A DNA stretch of 40,000 nt from Burkholderia phage FLC9. Under the pieces are notes generated by a model, which was given only the letters and a program-made list of their open reading frames with translations, was not told where the DNA came from and ran no database searches. Below are positions 24,757-32,886 of this stretch, one piece after another. Location: the sequence record LC667451.1; one strand, given 5' to 3'. Position 1 is the stretch's first letter; every line of letters begins with the position of its first letter. The position numbers and the translations under genes were made by a program.

Positions 24757-26331
24757 TTAAACAGCTGCTTGATTACGTGCCACAGCGATCGCCAGATCCG
24801 CCATCTTTACCCGGATGTCGTACGGCACCGGATAGCGACGATCGTTGTTGCGGAGGAATTTATCCTCTCCTTCCAGAGGTGTGAGCCATTTTTGTGGCAC
24901 CGTCACGCGCCACTCGTGCTCACGGAACTGCTTGGTGACCGTGTCGATACTGATGACGGCCACGTTCTTTTCCTTCTGTGACTTCTGCTTGCCCGCCTGC
25001 CGACGCGAGTGCGGATACAGTTCCTCCAACTGTGCCAGCCGGTCAGCCGGAATACGCGACTGCGGAATCACCCCCGTCAGCTGCAATTCCTGCGAGTTGT
25101 TCTGTGCGACGGCCGTCATCAGTGCTGCCAGCACATAGTGCTTCTGATGCCAGAGAATCGCCTGTGCCACACCCATCGCTTCGAGCACCGTCTTCTTCGA
25201 CAGATACGGGAAGCTACGCGGGCTGACTGCGGTGGCCAGAGTCCATTGCACCAGGGTCAACTGCGGTTCCCAGATGTGTTCGGTATTCAGCTGTCGCACC
25301 GAATCCAACGACTCGTCCAACAGCTTCAGGTTATCCGCAATCGACGGGTCTACGCGCAACGCCAGCTTTCGCGTGTCGCTGATGTAGTGCTCGACGATGG
25401 CGATGTCACCCGCCGGGATTTCCTGCTTGACCTTGTAGCCTTCGAGCTTGGACAGGTTGTTTTCGCTGTCGCCGCTTTGGGACTCCGGGATCTTGGGCTT
25501 GACCATGCCCATGAAACTGTTGTCATGACCCTTGACTTTCTGGCCGATGTAGCGATAGATGAACGCCACCAGACTGAAGTCCGGATCAGTTCCGCTGATG
25601 TCGCCGATGGTCAGACGACGGATCACCACGAGTGCCAGCACCCAGGTCGAGAAGTCTTCGGTGGACAGGCCATCGAGAATCGCCGAGTCGAATTCCTTCG
25701 CTTGCGGCAGGGAGAGTTCCACCCAGCGACGCAGCCGTTCCATCGGCGGGCACTTGCCTTCCTCGAAGATGTACGATTGCGCCAGCAATTCGAACGCTTT
25801 GTACTCCTTCCAGTTTGTGCCGTGTTCCTTTTCCGTACGGAACACATACTCGCCCCAGACCAACAACATCGGACGCAGTACGATCGAGAGAACCACAAGT
25901 TGCTTGTAGTCTTCGCGCAGATACGTCCGATCTCGCGTGCCGATTGCCGCGTGGGATTCGGTAAACTGGTCCTTCAGATCCGCAGGCAGCTTGATGTCCG
26001 ACTGGAAATCCATCCAGTGACGAACATCGTCCAGCGGATGCATCGCTTCGAGTTCCGCCACCAGCGGCAGCAACGCGCGCGCGAGGTCCTCGGTCTCCCA
26101 CACTTCGTCGAAGGTCACGTGAATACGACGATAGACCTCGAAGATGGCATCCTGTTGTTCGGGAGTGCGCTTATCCCAGAAACCATTGATCTGGTGGAAG
26201 ATGTCCAGACCCGGTGCGATCGAGGCTTTGTCGATCAGCTTGATATTCCACTTGAGCTCAAGGCCCTTGTGTTGGATGATGGCGACGGTTTGATCCGCCA
26301 GGTGTCCTTCGCGATCGGTTATGACCTTCAT
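24757..26331 (-). CDS. conserved-looking phiKZ-like protein; positional candidate for the fifth nvRNAP subunit (phiKZ gp68-like)
   Basis: 524 aa ORF, alpha-helical composition, three genes upstream of the RNAP beta C-terminal gene as in phiKZ. Confidence 0.4.
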   Translation of the reverse strand: MKVITDREGHLADQTVAIIQHKGLELKWNIKLIDKASIAPGLDIFHQINGFWDKRTPEQQDAIFEVYRRIHVTFDEVWETEDLARALLPLVAELEAMHPLDDVRHWMDFQSDIKLPADLKDQFTESHAAIGTRDRTYLREDYKQLVVLSIVLRPMLLVWGEYVFRTEKEHGTNWKEYKAFELLAQSYIFEEGKCPPMERLRRWVELSLPQAKEFDSAILDGLSTEDFSTWVLALVVIRRLTIGDISGTDPDFSLVAFIYRYIGQKVKGHDNSFMGMVKPKIPESQSGDSENNLSKLEGYKVKQEIPAGDIAIVEHYISDTRKLALRVDPSIADNLKLLDESLDSVRQLNTEHIWEPQLTLVQWTLATAVSPRSFPYLSKKTVLEAMGVAQAILWHQKHYVLAALMTAVAQNNSQELQLTGVIPQSRIPADRLAQLEELYPHSRRQAGKQKSQKEKNVAVISIDTVTKQFREHEWRVTVPQKWLTPLEGEDKFLRNNDRRYPVPYDIRVKMADLAIAVARNQAAV

Positions 26332-26381
26332 TGTAATCTCTCTGTAGTAAGAGTTTGAACGACCATTCTAATCCTGCTCAT

Positions 26382-26395
26382 GTTAGTAATATAGG
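26382..26395 (-). promoter_or_regulatory. candidate phage RNAP promoter motif CCTATATTACTAAC
   Basis: Contains the exact phiKZ-early-like core TATATTAC, about 50 nt upstream of ATG at 26331. Confidence 0.6.
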
Positions 26396-26537
26396 TTTTC
26401 AGCAGGTTTGAATCCACGGGGGATTCCGGGTATTCTAATCGAGGATGAAGGAGCACCCTCTCAGACCAGGCCTACCCAAGCCCAGTCTGAGAGGTGTGTC
26501 CTATGTGCTAACTTGTGCTACGTGCGCGAGGCCGTTC

Positions 26538-27284
26538 TTAGAACGGGAGATCCTCGCTGCCGTCGTCGACGCTGGCGCGACGATCGTTGTACGAACTGCC
26601 ACCACCGGAACCACCACCACCGCCGCGGTTATAGCCACCACCACCGCCTTGGCCGCCGCGGTTGTAACCGCCGCCACCACCGCCGTCACGCGGCTTTTCT
26701 TCCGGCTCGACCCAGTGCGAGACTTGCATGTTGCCGAGCATTTCGGTGAGCAGCGTGAAATACGCATTCGCTGCGACGACCGACGCTTCTGCTGCCGAGT
26801 ACGTTTCGCCCGTACCGTGCTTGAGCATGTGGAAGTCCGACAGCTGGAAGTTGAACTTGATGCGCGGGCGATCCTTCGCCATCACGCCCATCCACACCAC
26901 GCCTTCCTTGTCCTTGCCGACGAACAATTCGGACTGCACCACCGGCTTGTCGCTGCGCTTGCCGCCGGGGAAGATGAAGTTCTTGTTCTCGATCGAGTTC
27001 TTGAACTCGTCCTTGCCGTCGGTACCCGGCACGAATGCGATCGCCTTGGCCAGCAGGTTCAGGAACGCGAAGAACGCAGGCGTGTCCATGTTCGCGCTGA
27101 TCTTACCGTAGTTCGTGTCACGGTCGCTTTCGACGTTCGTATACACGGTGATACGCGGGTTGTTGGAGAACAGACCCCATTGCAGCGACGCGTACTTGCC
27201 GTCCTGGTTCTTCGCCGACATGTTCAACTTCTTGTTGTCGAGAGGGGTCTTCTTTCGCGGTTGCGGTTTGAAATCGCCTGCCAT
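26538..27284 (-). CDS. single-stranded DNA-binding protein-like, glycine-rich linker and acidic DLPF tip
   Basis: 248 aa ending ...GGGGGYNRGGQGGGGGYNRGGGGGSGGGSSYNDRRASVDDGSEDLPF, the layout of bacterial SSB C-termini (Gly-rich linker plus DDxxPF). Confidence 0.75.
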   Translation of the reverse strand: MAGDFKPQPRKKTPLDNKKLNMSAKNQDGKYASLQWGLFSNNPRITVYTNVESDRDTNYGKISANMDTPAFFAFLNLLAKAIAFVPGTDGKDEFKNSIENKNFIFPGGKRSDKPVVQSELFVGKDKEGVVWMGVMAKDRPRIKFNFQLSDFHMLKHGTGETYSAAEASVVAANAYFTLLTEMLGNMQVSHWVEPEEKPRDGGGGGGYNRGGQGGGGGYNRGGGGGSGGGSSYNDRRASVDDGSEDLPF

Positions 27285-27343
27285 GATGCTTGCTTCCTGT
27301 GGTTTGTTTTATGGTACTCAGACCATAGGCTGGGTGAATAAAT

Positions 27344-28192
27344 TTAGACGAGAATTTCCTCGAGGAGTTTCTTGATCTCGGGGTCCTTCAGGTAACCGAT
27401 GTTTTGCCGGATCTTATCCGTCGTGGTCACTTGCGTCCAGTTGTACTTCTGGGCCAACTCGATCACCGCCTTTTTAATCCTGATGTTCATCGGGAAAAAG
27501 GTACGTGCATCCCCAAACACCTGGAGAAAGTCTTCACGAAACGGAATCATCGAGAGTTCCCGTCCGCCCTGATACTTGGTGTACCACTGCGAACGCTTCT
27601 TGATGGCCCCGGTGTTGGACTCCACCAGATCGAGGCTCGGGAAGGCCTTGTAAGACAGCAGATCGTAGGCAAAATGCGTGAAGATCAGCGTCTTGGCTTG
27701 CTGCTGCGGGAACAACTTCAGGGCGAATACCCGGACGTCTTCCCCGCCTTGCTGCTCCAGACTCTTGAGCAGCGACTGGAGTGTCTGGCGCTTAAGCTCC
27801 ATGTACTCCATCTGCTTATCCGTTCGCTCGCCCCGTAGCTTCGCATGCGGATACTTCTGTTGCATGTTGGCGTAGTTGCTCACGTAGAAGACGACTTTAC
27901 AGCGGTCGTGAGTAATTTCTTTCACGATCCGTTTGATCTGCTCCATCTCATCGCGGATAGCTTCGTCGATCTGTAGCGGTGTGACACCTCCTGCGGCTTC
28001 TTTGTGGAGCGCCCCCATGAAGTTACGAAACAGGGTACGCAGATTAACCCAAAATTCACCGTAGTCCAGCAACGGCGCTTTCCTGATTGGAATCTCGGGA
28101 TGAATCCCGGTCGCGCCTTCCAGCGCGAGCGAAGTTGCAACGGACAGCGGATACTGGCCTACCTCACGCTCGGCGATTGCTTGGCTATACAT
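27344..28192 (-). CDS. hypothetical protein (282 aa)
   Basis: ORF with RBS ggagggg. Confidence 0.75.
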   Translation of the reverse strand: MYSQAIAEREVGQYPLSVATSLALEGATGIHPEIPIRKAPLLDYGEFWVNLRTLFRNFMGALHKEAAGGVTPLQIDEAIRDEMEQIKRIVKEITHDRCKVVFYVSNYANMQQKYPHAKLRGERTDKQMEYMELKRQTLQSLLKSLEQQGGEDVRVFALKLFPQQQAKTLIFTHFAYDLLSYKAFPSLDLVESNTGAIKKRSQWYTKYQGGRELSMIPFREDFLQVFGDARTFFPMNIRIKKAVIELAQKYNWTQVTTTDKIRQNIGYLKDPEIKKLLEEILV

Positions 28193-28231
28193 GGCCCCTC
28201 CAAAAAGATAGTATTTAACCGGTCTCTAGGA

Positions 28232-28243
28232 GTGATATATCAC
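28232..28243 (-). promoter_or_regulatory. candidate promoter motif variant, embedded in palindrome gtgatatatcac
   Basis: Minus strand GATATATCACTCCT, about 40 nt upstream of ATG at 28192. Confidence 0.4.
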
Positions 28244-28252
28244 CGAGATCCG

Positions 28253-29380
28253 TTAGAGCACCTCAGGCATGATCTCCTGTGCCATGGCCAGGATGTCGCT
28301 CGACGCGCCTGAGTTGATAAGACGGTCCGTGAGTAACGACGTCACGTTGTCCCGCGTGATAGTAATCGGGATATACGAAATCTCATCATCCACCATCGTT
28401 TCCGCAGCTTCAGTTTCTCCATCGTCAATCGGCTTCTTATCCCACGTAAACCACGGCCATTTGCGAATCAACAGATCCATGTTCGAGAAGATCGGATTGT
28501 CATACGTGGCTTGCACCCGTACGAACGAATCTTCGGGCAGGCCTTCGACCTGCTTGGCGATCTCCGCCAACGTATCTTCCACCGTCATCGTTTCACACTT
28601 CACGGTCACAAAGCGCAGTGCGGCTTCGTTTTCCACAAACACCACATCGGATTCGGCCCCGCGCCGATAGGCGCGGACATGCCCCTTCGGACCTTCCTCG
28701 CCATGGGACAGTCGGTCAAACGAACCCTGCGCGATAATACGATCGTAGCGCGAGTGGATATGGACGTGACCAATGAAGATCAAATGCTTAACAATCTTCA
28801 GGTACTCTTCCGAACTATGCTTCTGGGCTTTCACCACAGGGGGCAGTTGATACTCGAACTGGCCGTGCATGAATGCGTAATCGACTTGTGTGAGCCCTTT
28901 GGCTCGTAACAGGTCGTGAACTTGGCTGAGTGTGGTTTCGGTGGAATTCGTCCACTCATCGGGCACGAAGAGACACCACATATCGTGGCGCTCTTCGTAC
29001 TCGATGGATAGACTTTTCACGTATTTGAGATCGGCGCCAATGCCTGTTACTTGATTCAGTGACTGAAAGATCTTCGACTGTTTCCAGTCGTGAGATGGAG
29101 TGCCCTCAAGGACGCGCAGCAGAATGTCGTGCTTCTTGCACAACCTCAGCATGTACGTCACCCACACTTTAATTTCAGTCACTACATCATCGGGTAAAGC
29201 CAGGTGTGTATCAAACACATCCCCAGCCAACACGATCATGTCTAGCTCGGCGGTCTCGGCGTTATCCGGAAAAGCAGCACGGAGGTTCTTGATGATACGC
29301 TCCGTGGGATTGCGCGCGTGACCTAAATGAATATCGCTTACGACTGCGATCTTGAGGTTAGAGGAGTTCCCAGTCGTCAT
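28253..29380 (-). CDS. Mre11/SbcD-like metallophosphoesterase nuclease
   Basis: AVVSDIHLGH, VLAGDVFDTH, LEGTPSHD, FMHGQFE, LIFIGHVHIHSRY: the calcineurin-like phosphoesterase motif series. Confidence 0.88.
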   Translation of the reverse strand: MTTGNSSNLKIAVVSDIHLGHARNPTERIIKNLRAAFPDNAETAELDMIVLAGDVFDTHLALPDDVVTEIKVWVTYMLRLCKKHDILLRVLEGTPSHDWKQSKIFQSLNQVTGIGADLKYVKSLSIEYEERHDMWCLFVPDEWTNSTETTLSQVHDLLRAKGLTQVDYAFMHGQFEYQLPPVVKAQKHSSEEYLKIVKHLIFIGHVHIHSRYDRIIAQGSFDRLSHGEEGPKGHVRAYRRGAESDVVFVENEAALRFVTVKCETMTVEDTLAEIAKQVEGLPEDSFVRVQATYDNPIFSNMDLLIRKWPWFTWDKKPIDDGETEAAETMVDDEISYIPITITRDNVTSLLTDRLINSGASSDILAMAQEIMPEVL

Positions 29381-30008
29381 TGCTTGCCACTTGAGGGGTA
29401 GTTGTGCTCAGAGCATTGGGCTCGGGAGTAACTTCTTCCGTCTCGTAGAGTGGTTTCAAACCATAACGCTTAAAGATGGCATTCCAGCGATCGATGTTGA
29501 CTTTCACCGACGGTGGGATATTCCCCATAAGCATAGCGCGTTGGCGCAGATGCGAGGCCAGGTACATGCTGCCATCACGGGGAGACACACGGCTCTTTAG
29601 TTCCGCGTTCCGAATCACGTTCAGGATATTGCCGCCGGGAAGCTTGCTGCGTTCCTTAAGCAAAGCACGAATGCCTGCCCGGTCGAATCGAGGCGGCACA
29701 GTAAAGAGCACCTCGCCTTTCGTGTTGATCACGTCCACTTCGCGGTAGTCATTGCCCGCGAAGGCCGACCACATCCCGAAGCTCAATTCCGGGTAGAATT
29801 TGTTTTGTCCTTCGTGGAAGAACGGGAGCCAAAGACCCACGAAAATGCGTTCCGGCATACGCTTGCGATCCGAAACCGCAACGCTGTCCAACGACTCACG
29901 AATGGCATGGATTTCCTCCTTCATCCGGGACTCGCCCGAGATGGTATCCAGATTACGGGTCATCCAATCAGCATGTGACTGGATCATCCTCTGCTTCGGT
30001 TCGCTCAT
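29358..30008 (-). CDS. hypothetical protein (216 aa)
   Basis: ORF overlapping neighbour by 23 nt. Confidence 0.7.
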   Translation of the reverse strand: MSEPKQRMIQSHADWMTRNLDTISGESRMKEEIHAIRESLDSVAVSDRKRMPERIFVGLWLPFFHEGQNKFYPELSFGMWSAFAGNDYREVDVINTKGEVLFTVPPRFDRAGIRALLKERSKLPGGNILNVIRNAELKSRVSPRDGSMYLASHLRQRAMLMGNIPPSVKVNIDRWNAIFKRYGLKPLYETEEVTPEPNALSTTTPQVASNDDWELL

Positions 30009-30442
30009 GAGACTCCCTGCGAATTACTGGGCAGTACCCCATTGTTGATGATGCCCATCACGCGCTTAAAGGTGGAGTTGTTGACCTCGACTTGCGAGCC
30101 CAGGGAATACTCTTGTCCACCGTCGTTGATGGCCGCCATGATGGTGAGTGTCACAGCATTGGTTGGATTGACCGTTGGATCGTCATTCGCCGAGACTTCG
30201 ACCACGGCAGTATCGAAGTAGCGCGAGAAGTACGACTCGAGCATGGCGCGTAACTGAATGCACAGCTGAGGGATGTTGCTCCCGTACTGTTGCAGGATAT
30301 TTTGCAGGTTGGTCACACTACCCTTGTAGAGATAGGTCTGGATCTTGTCGGACTCGAAGAAATATGACAACAACAAATCCAGCTTCTCAGGCACGGTCGT
30401 GAGCCAGCCACGGTCGCTGATACTTGGAACCACAGCACCCAT
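30005..30442 (-). CDS. hypothetical protein (145 aa)
   Basis: ORF with RBS agagaaatc-ATG, ATGA overlap with next gene. Confidence 0.7.
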   Translation of the reverse strand: MGAVVPSISDRGWLTTVPEKLDLLLSYFFESDKIQTYLYKGSVTNLQNILQQYGSNIPQLCIQLRAMLESYFSRYFDTAVVEVSANDDPTVNPTNAVTLTIMAAINDGGQEYSLGSQVEVNNSTFKRVMGIINNGVLPSNSQGVS

Positions 30443-30489
30443 GATTTCTCTTTTGGCAGTTGATTATTGACATACAATCAAACAGACAA

Positions 30490-30550
30490 AAGAAAAAAAG
30501 AAAGCACGGGGGATAAAAACCCCCTCAACCTCCCGAAGGAAGCTGAGGGG
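30490..30550 (-). terminator. UUCG-capped terminator
   Basis: Minus strand cccctcagcttcc-ttcg-ggaggttgagggg (30521-30550): 13 bp with two G.U pairs, then a T-rich run. Confidence 0.8.
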
Positions 30551-30557
30551 CAAAGCA

Positions 30558-31220
30558 CTACAGCTTGTTGGCGTAAACCGACATCGGATCTTCGCCACCC
30601 GTCTCGAGACCATCGGCAATCAACGCTGCCATGTTGTCCCAGTTCCTCATCATCATGTTTTGCTCCTGGACGAAGAGGGGGCGATCATCATCAACCATAT
30701 CGGTGAAGTGGAACTCGACGTGGAAGTCACCTTCCTCGTGTTCGTTGCCTTCCTCATCCTTGTACTTCACGATAGGCGTCTGAATCATCCCTTCGGTGAC
30801 CAGCTGATAGTCGTAATGCGTCCAGCCAATCTTGCCTGGATACATGTCGACATACGTGTCACTATAACCATCAGTGCGCTGGTCGATATACAACTGTCTC
30901 GCCACGGGATTCGCCACGAGGAGCCGTTGCATCGACAGAGGCGCCTGTTGAAAGCTCGCCATCTCCCAAATGCTCTTGATCTCGTCACGTTGCCACATGT
31001 GCGAAATGGTCCGCACGGCCGCCTTCGCCCGCTGAAATGCTTCGGACGAACCGAAGCGTTCCCACGCACTACGCGCCGTTTCCATGAATCCGCCTACCAT
31101 GCTGCCCAGTCCGCCGCCAACATTTTCGAACTGGTTCTGCAGGTAGCTCATGGTACCGGGATGCGGCTCATGGTAGATGAGGGCATCGAAGGTTTCCGCA
31201 CCACCCGTAATGACTCTCAC
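30558..31220 (-). CDS. hypothetical protein (220 aa)
   Basis: ORF with RBS ggaggga. Confidence 0.7.
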   Translation of the reverse strand: MRVITGGAETFDALIYHEPHPGTMSYLQNQFENVGGGLGSMVGGFMETARSAWERFGSSEAFQRAKAAVRTISHMWQRDEIKSIWEMASFQQAPLSMQRLLVANPVARQLYIDQRTDGYSDTYVDMYPGKIGWTHYDYQLVTEGMIQTPIVKYKDEEGNEHEEGDFHVEFHFTDMVDDDRPLFVQEQNMMMRNWDNMAALIADGLETGGEDPMSVYANKL

Positions 31221-31234
31221 TTTTCCCTCCTCTA

Positions 31235-32722
31235 TTACGCGGGTTCGGCCAAGGCCATCATGCGTTGTAGCTTAACCTGATCGAACTCCAGATCCGTATC
31301 GTGGACGAAGTTCGCCGTGGTGGCAATCACCGGCTTGGGTTGTGCCAGATTGCTCGACACCTTACGCGGCGAGTCCAGACCGAATGCGCTCATGAAGGGC
31401 GCGAGACCACGCAATTCCTGCGTCGTGTGCGTATCCAAGCATGGCGTGAAATTCAACTGATCGCCATCGAAGTCAGCGTTCAAGCCCTTGACGTCCAGAA
31501 TACTGATGGACACCGTCGGGATCTCGACAACCGTCTTCACCTTGGTAATGTACACAAGCTGCGCCGAACCACGCTCGAGTGACGGATTCCGCTGCATGAT
31601 CGTCGGAATACCCTTAACGCCATTGCTGGTGCTAAGCGGACTCTCGACAATCAATTCCTGGAATAACTGATCCAACAACTCGTTGTAGATCGATGCGTGC
31701 TTGTTCAGGAACGCGATTCCCTCGTTTGGCGTAAAGCCGCGCCGCATCAACTTATTCATCAAGTGGATACGGAACACCGACAGGCCAATACCCCACGGGA
31801 TGTGGATTTCCTCGTTATCGTGGGCATCCGTCAACGACGAGATCACCGCACGGAACGAGAAATGTGAACGAGATCCGAACACGTGCTTGCGGAAGATACC
31901 TTGCTTCTTCGCCAGCGTCGTCTTGTACAGCCCCTCGTAGAACTCCGCGAGTTGGCTGATGGTTTTCACCGTCCGGTTCTCTTTCACCCGCACCGTATGC
32001 GAGGTCAGAGAGGAATCAATACCCGCCATCATGCGAATCGCATCCACCGCACCGGTGATAATGGGGTCCACATACGTGCCGACGTTACTCTCTTCGATGA
32101 CGAGGAGGGCCCGGTTCGGCAAGGGCAGGTATTCGCTGAACACACAGTCGCGCTGCTGGTTGATCGCCGCCATCAACTCCAAATGCTCGGCGCTCTTGCG
32201 ATACTCCTTCAGATCCATGAGCATGGCCATGATCTGGTCGAACTTTTCCACGAAGTTATTCAGACCTCGTGGGCAGTTCATTTCCTCGAGTCGATACACG
32301 ACCTGAGGCTTACGCACCGGCGGTGCATAATTCGTATCGCAAATCCAGCGGATGATTTCGTAGCCACTGCGCGTGAAACGCTTCTTAAGCATCATCCAGA
32401 CGATCGGATTGATCAGCGCAGCCACTCCTTTTGGCCGTCTGATCCACACAATCGGTTCGAGGTCACGCTCCACATGGGAACGAACCTCAGTGCCACACAC
32501 ACCGCACACAACGCCGACGTTATATCCGCCGACGATTTCACCACATTCGCACGATGGCAGATTGCTCAGCAAATCGCCCGAATACGTGGTATAGATCAGT
32601 CGGTTGAATTCCTTTCGATCTTGCTCAGACGACTCCGCGATGTCGTTGATGATCTTAGGATCGCGCGTTTGGTGCTGATAAAACAACTCATTGAAATTGA
32701 TCAAACTGAGTCTGACGCCCAC
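31235..32722 (-). CDS. DNA-directed RNA polymerase beta' N-terminal-like subunit with catalytic motif
   Basis: VKGLNADFDGDQLNFTPC (NADFDGD catalytic triad). Zinc-like CECGEIVGGYNVGVVCGVCGTEVR. SSLTSHTVRVKENRTVK. GTG start with RBS aaggag. Confidence 0.95.
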   Translation of the reverse strand: MGVRLSLINFNELFYQHQTRDPKIINDIAESSEQDRKEFNRLIYTTYSGDLLSNLPSCECGEIVGGYNVGVVCGVCGTEVRSHVERDLEPIVWIRRPKGVAALINPIVWMMLKKRFTRSGYEIIRWICDTNYAPPVRKPQVVYRLEEMNCPRGLNNFVEKFDQIMAMLMDLKEYRKSAEHLELMAAINQQRDCVFSEYLPLPNRALLVIEESNVGTYVDPIITGAVDAIRMMAGIDSSLTSHTVRVKENRTVKTISQLAEFYEGLYKTTLAKKQGIFRKHVFGSRSHFSFRAVISSLTDAHDNEEIHIPWGIGLSVFRIHLMNKLMRRGFTPNEGIAFLNKHASIYNELLDQLFQELIVESPLSTSNGVKGIPTIMQRNPSLERGSAQLVYITKVKTVVEIPTVSISILDVKGLNADFDGDQLNFTPCLDTHTTQELRGLAPFMSAFGLDSPRKVSSNLAQPKPVIATTANFVHDTDLEFDQVKLQRMMALAEPA

Positions 32723-32801
32723 TCGCTTCTCCTTGTTTCTTGTTCCATGGTGTCGGAATATCGCTTCGAAGTCGATACTCCAATAGATACTGCACCCATG
32801 T

Positions 32802-32836
32802 AAAAAGAAAAAAAGAGGGGACCCGAAGGCCCCCTC
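32802..32836 (-). terminator. UUCG-capped terminator
   Basis: Minus strand gagggggcc-ttcg-ggtcccctc (32815-32836, one G.U), then T-rich tract, after the gene ending at 32887. Confidence 0.85.
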
Positions 32837-32886
32837 TCGTACCGCACTAAGCGGAGCTTACATCCGTACTACTGACTTCGAGCAGC

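Noticed and set aside
23215-26358. Long plus-strand ORFs (228, 347, 449 aa) opposite the 504- and 524-aa genes
   Set aside because: Same-strand-bias artefacts. His/Arg-rich translations without start context.
26538-26700. ggYNRGG repeat-like stretch considered as a tandem DNA repeat or CRISPR-like element
   Set aside because: It is the glycine-rich linker coding sequence of the SSB-like gene. No regular spacer structure.
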